A stretch of 60,049 nt of DNA, the filler included, from Sphacelaria rigidula (lineage: Eukaryota): the NCBI GenBank assembly GCA_964200075.2. It is 8 parts of 8 records of this genome, joined end to end, with 100 filler letters (N's around TTAATTAATTAA, not from the genome) between each part and the next. Parts side by side here need not be neighbours in the genome. Positions count along the whole stretch, not along the records: positions 45,114 to 52,531 come from CAXNAA020015013.1; positions 52,632 to 60,049 come from CAXNAA020015014.1; 6 more parts are not named here. One strand, written 5' to 3'. Position numbers and translations under genes: made by a program. Positions within the stretch are counted from its first letter, which is position 1. Every line of letters starts with the position of its first letter. The notes beneath the pieces were generated by a model that worked only from the letters and a program-made list of their open reading frames with translations, made no database searches and was not told the DNA's origin. This document shows, piece after piece, positions 51,101 through 60,049 of this stretch.

Positions 51101-52497
51101 TCTACCTATCCCACATTCGGCCCGTTTACTTGGGGTCATGCTCAACCCAACCAAAGTTTTTAGTCGAGTATTTGAGGTTATACCCACCGCACACATTGGA
51201 CCTGAGTGTTCAAGTTCGTACCCGAACAGCTCGAAATTGAGTTGAGGACTTTACGCCGTGTTCAGGCTGCTCAAGAATTGAGCCCACTATGCGAGACCCT
51301 TCTCAATCTGATCAGTCTTTGAGTCGAGGTTTTGAGGCCGCACTTGGTCTACTCCAACCTTTAACATTTTGTATTTTGCCCGAGTAGTGAAAAGAAAGAC
51401 CTGTACTCGACCCGCATTCGTAACCATACTCCCACCTGCGTCATCATCCCGTGCACGTTGACGGCGTCGATATGCAGCACAGTGCCTATACCACAGAAGG
51501 GAAGGTTACTCGTGTTGTGGTGGACGCCAGGGGCTCTCATGTCCGGGAATTATTCTCCTGCATCCCCCGTTCGACGCCATTCGCCACTAACCTCGAATCG
51601 GTCGCCCGACCGATGCCGCTGACGCGTCTGTCGGACGAACCCCTTACAGCACAACGTCCATTCCGACGAAGGCCGGACTCCCATCGCCCACGGCTTCTGC
51701 GGCGTCCACGTCTCTCGCTCGGTCATCGTCAGCATCTCACACAGATCCACCAAATCGAATGACAGATCCACCAAAGCGGATGGTTCGACATCGAACAGGA
51801 CCTCAGCTCCCTGCGCCTCCCAAACCCTTCTGATACCCCCACAAACCGCTTTCTCCCGTGACGTTCGACCGAATACCTCCGGGTCGTAGTGGAAGCGCCT
51901 CAGCTGCACGCGAAGGGCCCGCGAGGAGTCATCCCAGAATATGCTCACTCTCCGACAGGGCCGTTCCTCCTCGCCGTCACCACGCGCCGTTGGGACTGTA
52001 CAGATCAATATTTCTCCGATGTACACTCTTCGTCGCTTGCGGCAAGTGATACCGTCATAGCCCAGGAATGGTGACCCGCGAGCCAGCCCTCCGTGCATCA
52101 TGGAACGTCTTCTACCGTGGACCGGTTCCGTCGGACCGGCCATAACGTGATCACTTCCCAGACCGGTATCTGACACCTCCATCCCTCTGCATACATGACC
52201 CCCGGGGTTTGCATCGACCTCCTCCATCAAACGCCTGGACTTGAGGAATCGCGCGTATTGAAGGATCAAGGGTATGTCATAGACGTCAGCGGTCACCCCG
52301 TCTGTTATCGTGGGCACCTCCCTCCTTATTACCGGAAGGAGAGGTAGGTATTTCCTCAACCTATGAATGAAATTGTGTGCATTATCCGGCACATCCCGCG
52401 CATCGAATGCGCGTCCCTCGCCCACCTCGTCTCCTTCCTCGCCGTCCACGCAACGGAGCAGACTAATGCCGAGATAGCCCCCCCACAAAAAGTGCAC
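48200..52497 (-). pseudogene. Decayed intron-containing DDE transposase of Plavaka/CACTA (EnSpm) type with a BAH-like domain
   Basis: Segment 52497-51436 reads through one in-frame TAA (51550-51552) to NLPFCGIGTVLHIDAVNVHG, the putative first catalytic D. Exon 49236-48859 has GGLFVIIADSPQRAVLTNAKH...FPCPYC (second D plus CxxC) and IPPKALHADAL. It splices to an exon at 48703 (NHLGLVQPWLLSML...) that then frameshifts. About 2.2 kb of unrelated sequence lies between 49237 and 51435. Confidence 0.7.
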
Positions 52498-53817
52498 CGG
52501 AGACCATCCAACGAACCGGCTACGATCCCACNNNNNNNNNNNNNNNNNNNNNNNNNNNNNNNNNNNNNNNNNNNNTTAATTAATTAANNNNNNNNNNNNN
52601 NNNNNNNNNNNNNNNNNNNNNNNNNNNNNNNGCTGACCCAATCCGCGGGACCAAAATGTAAGGCGCGTACTGGGGGAGAGATGGGTTGATCCCTTGAGAC
52701 CACGGACTCATCCCGAGGAAGGGGAGAGGTTCAAAGTGCGAGGGAGAAAAACAAACAAACTATGCAACGATTGTTGAGTATGAAGCACACTTACGCCGGA
52801 GAACGTCATGTGTGAGAAATTCTAGGAGTGATAATACAAGCTCCGTGATTGTCTCAAGTATCAGCGGCAGTGAAGGTTGAAGGTATTATGGCTCGCATCG
52901 TATTTTGGATAGAGTAACCACGCAGCATCAAGCCAGTGTCACGCACTCGCTTTTCGTCAACCCCTAGTTTAACCATCACCCTACCCGAACCCTCAAGCCA
53001 AGGTGGACTGAAAATCTCAAGCAAGAGGAGCGGCTACGTATGCATCGGCAGATCTCAGATCGACGTCTGGGGGGTTCGAGTGGAGCTGTAACTAAACGCG
53101 CGTTGCGCTCTCTTACGAGCGATCAAGACTGCCACCCCCCCCAAGATCCCACCGAAGGTACCGAAGATAGAAGACGACGATACCCCAGGTCCTTCGGGTT
53201 TCCAGAGTTTTGTCAACACTCGGTAGTCCGGAGTGCTTGGAGTATCGACCGCCGAAAATACCAAGTATTCCAGAGTACCTGGAGTATCGACACCTCAAAT
53301 CATTCGTACCCTATCCTAAGCATCTTCGGAAGATTCGAAAGTCGAAAACTTGCTACTGTCTCTAGCTGTCTGGATACAGTAAGACCGATCACGCTTCACA
53401 CTTTGAGGATTGGCTGCGAGCTTTAGGACTCGTATTCGAAAAAATTGAGTCCAACAAGTCCTATTGCTCGAACACATGCATGCTGATGAGCGGCACGGGG
53501 GGCCAACCGCGCATTCAGCTGAGGGGGATTGATGATCTCAGGAGTTCCTACTTCTGTGATGACAAACCCATCTACCGTTTGTCCGTGTGCCATAAAAGTC
53601 GGATCCGAAGACTACCGTGAGTACTTTACCGTTCGACTCCGCAGCTTTTAATCCTGGGCTCTTTCAGGGGTGCGCCCAAAGTTGTGGTGTTAACCGCACT
53701 GTCACGAGACCCCAGACCCTGCACTTTCTAGAAAATCGTACTGTGGTGAGACCCCCGCTGTATCAGGAGTACAAATAACCACTCAGCCAACAGTCAGCGC
53801 TGACTCTTGGCTATATC

Positions 53818-54158
53818 CTCAGTGGTTATGTGTACTCCCAACAAAAAAGTACAATCCAGGGTGCGAATCTCCCGATCACAAGCCTACGAGTGTCACCATC
53901 TTCGCCGCGCGTTTTTCTTTTTAGATGGAGATTAATTGCGAAAATACACACCAGGTTCAAATAACACACATGTCCAGGCAGCAAAAATGGATAACAAACG
54001 ACCGCAACACATACCGGGCATGTGGAGTGGCGCTGATTACAGGGATGATAACCTCGGGGGGGAACCCATGATCTACCAGCATGACGGCTGAGCGATCCTC
54101 GGGTGTACTCCCAACATGGATTGTACTTTTGTTGGGAATATACAAAATAATCACTGAG
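53818..54158. mobile_element. MITE with ~40-bp TIRs; additional TIR-like copies flank it
   Basis: CTCAGTGGTTATGTGTACTCCCAACAAAAAAGTACAATCC ... GGATTGTACTTTTGTTGGGAATATACAAAATAATCACTGAG. Related ends occur at ~53765-53786 and ~54186-54208. Confidence 0.65.
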
Positions 54159-55044
54159 CAAACAGTCAGCCCTGCCGACTGCTAGCTCAGTGGTTGTATG
54201 TACTCCTATCACGCTGTACTATGGACACCCACTTCCACTGGAGTACGGTTCTCATAATACTTCCAAGCGGCACACAGTATACCGCGGATATCACCACCCC
54301 AGAAAACATCCACCGATTTTCAAATTTGGAGGCCAACGAACGAGCTGGGCCAGCCTAGAAGCGGGTTCAGAGTTTGCACGCCCATTCGCAATTCAATGCT
54401 TCGAGTTGAACCCTAAACGTTTGTATGGACAATCAATAGTACAAAAAAAAAAAAAAGTATGCATAGGCCCGAAGATTTTTATTTCACGATTTCACGGCAT
54501 TTTACTGAAATCAATCTGAAAATTGCCTTTAACTCATGAAATAAAAATCGTTGGGTCCATGCACACTCTTTTTTTATATGCCCTCCTCGTTGTCCATACC
54601 CAATATTAGGGTCCAACTCGAAAGCATTAAGTTGCGACTGGGCTCTCTGAAAACCGGGCTGGTGAAAATTCGGAGTGTATTGCAGCCCACTTACCGGCCC
54701 ACGTTTGGTATTTCAGTATTGGAATTTTGTGTGGGACCTCGCTAGGCCATAATGAACCCAAAAAAGTGGGAGCGGTTGATTTTTTTTGAAAACTTGTTTT
54801 GGACGTTTTAGTAGAGTAAGTATCATATTTTCACGAGAACGCCCATACTCCTCCAAAAACAGAAATTGAAGGCCCATTTCTTTCCTTCGGCATGCCTTCG
54901 CGATTCTGCATGATAAGCTTTTTTTTTTTCTTTAGAGCGTGTTTGAATTCCGTTTTTCTTGAGTACGTCTGTCACGAGACCACGGCTGGACCCCCGGGGG
55001 GTCAGTTAAAGTGCGACAATCAATCAATCATCAATCAAGTTTAA

Positions 55045-55162
55045 CCCTTTCGGAACCTGTCGATGATTTTGGTTTTTGTGAATCGGCATCATTTTCAGTC
55101 ATTTTCAAGTAAAAATGATGCCGATTCACAAAAACAAAAATCGTCAATGGGTTCCAAAAGGG
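55045..55162. mobile_element. Tiny palindromic piggyBac-type MITE (118 bp)
   Basis: TTAA|CCCTTTCGGAACC...TTTTTGTGAATCGGCATCATTTT-loop-AAAATGATGCCGATTCACAAAAA...GGTTCCAAAAGGG|TTAG. A related core occurs at ~31903-31958. Confidence 0.7.
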
Positions 55163-56849
55163 TTAGGTTTCGAATCACAATTCTTAAAATTGAGCTGAAG
55201 AAGTGAGATGAGATCCGAGAGCACTCTCCAGTTTCCCTCAGAATTCGCTTAAAGTTTTTTGAAAAAATGAAGGATTTTTTTTTTTTCCCCATCACCATGC
55301 AGTAGCGATTTTCCTTGCGAAATTTCAATCACAACTCTCGAAAACGGAGACGCGATATCCAGATTTAGTGTATTTATTTAGTGCCTCTGCTCGTAATATA
55401 TCGATTTTAGTATGGAAAATTATGTGCGCCATATTTCGAGATGAATAACGAATTAGGTGAAGGTAAGGATATCGATCGTCTCCCCGTGCTCCAGGTAATG
55501 TCCACACCAAAAGTCGTCATCCTTCGCTGTATAAATCGTTCGGGGTTTCACATGGACTTTGTATGGACGCTGTTTCTGTATGGTATAGGAATTACTAGAC
55601 ATGGGGTTTCATCAACGAGAAAGAAATGGCCCAGACTTTTGAGCAGATGCGCACTTTCCTCTTGAACAGACGATTAATACGATATGCGGATCACGGCCCA
55701 GCTCGTCTGTTTCGATGAGATATTGCTGTGAGAGCTGAAATCTGCGTCTAGGCCGGCCCAGTTCGTATGTTGTTTGCTTGGTCTGCTGGTGTCCCCATAT
55801 TCCTCTTGTTATTTTCTGCTTTCTCTCTCGCTCGCTCTCTTCTCTCATTCCCTTCCCCCCTCATTTATATTTTTCCCATGTAATAATTTTTTTATTCTAA
55901 CACGAGCTTGTACAAATTGCAAATGCATTTTTCTAGTATGAGCCTTGGGAACCATCATGAGCATCCAAATATTATTTTCTAAAAAGAAATGCAAAATGCA
56001 CTTTCCGGCCGTGATGGTGTGTAGCCTCGCTTGTCCTCAGAACAAAACCCATCCGCAATTTGTATAATCCCGTGTTAACGGGGCACTATGGCAAATAAGA
56101 GCAAGTTTCTAGTTCGGGAGAGAACGGAGATCCGCTTTGTCGGATACAGACGCGGGATTTTACAAGTTGTGGATGTACTTGGGGGGGATCAGCGAGGCCA
56201 CACATCACGACTGGTGAGCGCATTTTTGCTTTTCTTTCGAGGCCATTTATTGGATGCTTGTCAAGGTGCCCCAGGCTCATCCTCAAGAAAATCCACTCCC
56301 ATTTTTTTACCCCGCGTTCTTCGCTGTTTCTTGTCTCTTTCGTCTCGATTTCTTCTCTGTTCACTTTTTTCTTTTGTCTTTATTATTTTCGCCGAGACCA
56401 GTTATTCGTGTTATTTTTCTCCTTTCCTTTCCATTCCCTTCCGTTCCTCCTCTACTTCGCTTTACTTTCCCCTTCTTTTCTTCTCTTGTACTTTTCCTTC
56501 TGTTCTTTTCGTCTCTCGTTTTTGTCCACTTTTTGACTTCTTCTGTAATATTTCCGTTTATTTCCTCGTATCCTCCCTTTCTGGAGTTTGCTTTGGCGTT
56601 TGTTTTCCATGGGTACGTCTATCCTGTGGATAATGATCACTATCGCGGCTGGATCCATCGGGTATCAGATAGAGCTAATGATTTGCGAGAAGTAATGAAA
56701 TAATGAATTAATATCAACAGCAATATATATGTCATGCGAAAAGTTTAAATGCGAGTGAGTATACATTCATTAATTTTTCCCGGCTTTTGTCGCCTAATTG
56801 ATGGTGCTGAGTAAAACTAACTCGACAACCGGGAGATGACGACAAGACG

Positions 56850-57080
56850 GCTCGTTGAAGTCATATGACACGTAAAAGCTGGTAGCCTCTGCTGCCCACC
56901 CGTCCAGGTCAAAGCCGACTTGTCCATCCAATGTGGGAAGTCCCTCGAGTGCATTCAGTTTGTCAGATGGACTGGATGCACTCAAGAGACTTCCCACATT
57001 GGATGGACAAGTCGGCTTTGACCTGGACGGGTGGGCAGCAGAGGCTGCCAGCTTTTACGTGTCCTATGACTTCGACGAGC
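56850..57080 (+). ncRNA. Long near-perfect hairpin 1 (candidate pre-miRNA/hpRNA); the 3' arm is a candidate exon
   Basis: Ungapped inverted repeat of ~110 bp (56850-56959 vs 56971-57080) with 6 non-Watson-Crick positions and a 59-bp perfect run. The loop is tiny, and there are no TIR/TSD hallmarks of a MITE. Strand is inferred from splice signals only. Confidence 0.55.
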
Positions 57081-58078
57081 GGGATGCTGATTCGAACGGT
57101 AAGTATAGCATCGTCTTTTTGTAGCCATAGTATACGGATCCGTTTTCATTGTGTTGTTCCTTTTTTTTTGTAGTTTTATACGGTAGCCGTGTTTGTATCG
57201 CGTTCCTGCAGTCCATAGCTCATGGGTGAGTGAGATTGTCATGCCCAAACAATGGGGGACCTGACCGGTAGCTAAGCCGTACCCTGCTCGCACAGCATTT
57301 ATGTTTCGTTCTGGTTTGTCTGCTTGTTGTGTGTCTGAGTTAGATTGTTTTGTTCAATTTTCCACGCGCGGCTAGCTTCACCTTAATTAAGCCATGCTAC
57401 AGGGGCCGGCCATTTTATTGCCACTCATTTATTGGTGTCATTGCGGGATCTGTTTTCTACAATATCTCCTCCTTTCCCTCTCTTGGATTACGCCGTTCGT
57501 TATGTCCTTGTCTATATCTTTCTCCCCCCTCGGGTCTTGGTTCCCGAGAGCTACAGTAGTAGTGTTTTTGTTCTGTTCATCTCGATCACGCCTATGTCTT
57601 GTTACCACGACTGAACCCCGATGTCTCGAAGGAGTTTATTGTCCGAGTTGTAGAACGGTAATGGGTCATGATCAGGACGTATCAACGTGCAGCTACTCTC
57701 CGGATATTCTGCTGTACGCGAGTCGTACGCTCTGTACACATATCCAGATGATCTCGGCAGTGCATGCTTTGCTTGCACTTGAACTATTATTGCTACGTAT
57801 TACTCCTGTATATATCCGACTTTAACCGCGAGGTGTTGTTTCCATGGGATAACACATGTCGTGGATGTGTACAGGCTGCCTAAGCATGAATCTCGATGGT
57901 ACATCGCATATTGACTACATGATGGCACTTCCAACACACTTGTGTATATATATGTAGCTGCTGAGTGCTATAAATATTGAAGACTTGCGTATTCGACCGC
58001 AAGAACCGATCTGGATTCGACCACATGTTGTCCAATTGCGAGAGCTATTTGTGTTGTACAAGTGTATCCTGTAGATAA

Positions 58079-58285
58079 GCCCTACCCCCGGTCTCGCTGG
58101 CAGGCCCTCCACCAATTGGAGTAACACCTGTTCGAGATCATCCTCCCGTGCATCGAGTGGCGCTTCGCCGTCTGTTCCGCCCGGCACATATGAAGAAGCG
58201 CCATTCGGTGCACGGCATAAGGATGATCTCGGGTAGATGTTTCTCCAATTGATGGAGGGCCTGCCAGCGAGACCGGAGGTAAGGC
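58079..58285 (+). ncRNA. Long imperfect hairpin 2 (candidate pre-miRNA)
   Basis: Arms 58079-58166 and 58195-58285 pair with G-U wobbles, a few mismatches and one asymmetric bulge; the loop is ~28 nt. The hairpin is bracketed by acceptor TCCTGTAG (58074) and donor AG|GTAAGG (58279). Confidence 0.55.
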
Positions 58286-58846
58286 ATAACCTACGAACAA
58301 AAAAAACACTCCTGCATGTGTCCAGCTCCGATCGATTGCATTTGTTCATTGTTCCCGTGTGCCGTAACGGGCTCAGGTCTTGTCAACGAGAGCCGTTCAG
58401 GACGATGAGAAACAAGGAGACGTCTGTTCGACTGTTTTCCGCTTTTGTAACGTTTCCGTACATGGCTTCTGTTGTATTTGTGTTCATTGGTGTACCCACC
58501 TGTGTCTTCAACGTGCACATCAATTTTCTCAGGGTCATGTCAGTTTCCGTTTCGGTTTGGAAAATGTACACGGCCCCAAAAATGAGCATGGCTGCGCGAC
58601 TCACGCAACCTGGTGCAGGTATTGCTCCGAAACTGCATTGCAGTGCAGATGTGATTCCGCTGGTTTTGTGGATGACAATGACGGTGTTGGACGCTCGAGG
58701 GGGCGTTGTTACATATCATTGAGAAGCGATTCCAAATGTGTATCAGATGGGCCGAAGCCTGTATTTGTCAAACTGTCGTTTTTTCATCAGCTATTGCAGA
58801 AGACTCGAAACCGACGAAGAAAAACTCCGATTCATTGCCACCTTTA

Positions 58847-59320
58847 GACCAACTCTAATGGGAGCCGTTCGAAATCCTGTTGAAAACTGCCTTTTGAGCA
58901 CTTCTCCGTCGTTTTACGCCCGAAAAGAGAGCTTGGCGGATGTTGACACCTTGGAATGAGTTGCTCTCCTCGCTGAGACCGTTCCAGAGCAACTTTGCAC
59001 TTCCCGCAGGCCGCAGTTTTAATTTTGGCCAAACTTTCGTTTTCAATAAAAAACGGTCACGTGATCAAAATACTGGCAATGTCCCCTCTGTTTTTTTATA
59101 ACTTGACCGTTTTTTATTGATAATGCAAGTTTGGCCAAAAATAAAACTGGGGCCTGCGAGAAATACAAAGTTGCCCTGGAACGGTCTCAACGAGTTGTGC
59201 AAGTCATTTCAAGGCGTCAACCTCCGCCTACGTAGCTCTCTTATCGGACATAAAACGACGGAGAAGGGCCGAAAAGCCGTTTTCAATAGGAGTTTTGAAC
59301 GACTCCCATTAGAGTTGGCC
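58847..59320. mobile_element. Foldback MITE with ~220-bp inverted arms, PIF/Harbinger-like ends
   Basis: TTA|GACCAACTCTAATGGGAG ... CTCCCATTAGAGTTGGCC|TCA. The arms are alignable over their full length, with 3-bp TNA flanks. Confidence 0.7.
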
Positions 59321-59729
59321 TCAAAACGGTTCTAGGAAAGTACTAGACAATCTGAAGAAACTGTAGTACTGATGTAAATAAATTTGTGTCTTGTTTTCGC
59401 ATCCAAGCTCAGCACGGAGAGCAAAAACACACGGAAGAATCGGAGAACACGGCGACATTTGTGCTTCACTAAGATGTGTTGTAGTACAACAAAAACACTG
59501 GCAAGGCATTTCGCGTTCGACGGAATACACGACCCTAGCTAGTACTGTTGATGCTTTTTTCCAGGTCGATTTTTTCTCGAAGCCTGTTGCTTTCGAGAGT
59601 TTGCACGGTCGTGATGAAACAGTTGTGTAGTTTGAGGAATACACAGTCAAAACCTCCGTCTCATAACGTCTGTTATGGCTGGAATTGCCAGATTTCCTGT
59701 AAATATTGCAAGGGTAGGTCGAGTGGGGT

Positions 59730-60005
59730 ATACTCAATACTCAGTATTTTTGAAGAGCCATACTTTTAGTACTCAAAATTTGAGTAGAATATTTGGGGCC
59801 GTACTCGACGTACTCAAAGTTTGAGTAGAAAATTGAGGTCATACTCAAGTAATACTGAGAGTATTTACTCCATATTTGAGTAGAGTATTTGAGACCATAC
59901 TCAACGTACTCAAAATTCGAGTAGAGTATCTGAGGCCGTACTCGACGTACTCAAAATTCGAGTAGAGTATTGAGGTCGTACTGAAGTGATACTCTATACT
60001 CAAGA
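59730..60005. repeat. Minisatellite-like array of ~41-bp units with an internal palindrome
   Basis: Unit GTACTCAAAATT(C/T)GAGTAGAGTAT(C/T)TGAGGCCGTACTCGAC is repeated about 5 times with degeneration. It contains TACTCAAAATTTGAGTA. Confidence 0.75.
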
Positions 60006-60049
60006 ACGTTGTGATTCTTAGTTTTTTGGTTGGCGGTATTTGGGGCATT

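Noticed and set aside
56254-56703. Hydrophobic Phe/Ser/Leu-rich ORFs resembling membrane proteins
   Set aside because: They are translations of a CT-rich low-complexity tract that is open in several frames.
59730-60005. CRISPR-like array
   Set aside because: The units are tandem with no unique spacers, there are no cas genes, and the context is eukaryotic.

Overview
Eukaryotic, intron- and repeat-rich genomic DNA, most consistent with a brown alga (Phaeophyceae); this is inferred from intron style, protein families and repeat types. The window is not a natural locus. It is eight contigs of 7420, 7419, 7419, 7419, 7418, 7418, 7418 and 7418 bp, joined in decreasing-size order by artificial 100-bp spacers (N44-TTAATTAATTAA-N44), so no gene neighbourhood can be inferred across spacers. 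Contig 1 holds the 3' four exons of a low-specificity L-threonine aldolase (minus). Contig 2 holds a large multi-exon gene with IQ motifs and two dynein-stalk microtubule-binding-like domains but no AAA motor (plus). Contig 3 holds three internal exons of a type I L-asparaginase (plus). Contigs 4-5 are almost entirely MITEs and dispersed repeats. Contig 6 holds six exons of a tandem F5/8-type C/CBM32-like repeat protein (minus). Contig 7 holds a LINE remnant and a decayed, intron-containing Plavaka/CACTA-type transposase with a BAH-like domain. Contig 8 holds MITEs plus two unrelated long hairpins about 1 kb apart, each ending at a plus-strand 5' splice site; one of them is an exon paired with its own inverted copy. 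This candidate small-RNA or splicing-control locus is the most interesting feature seen.
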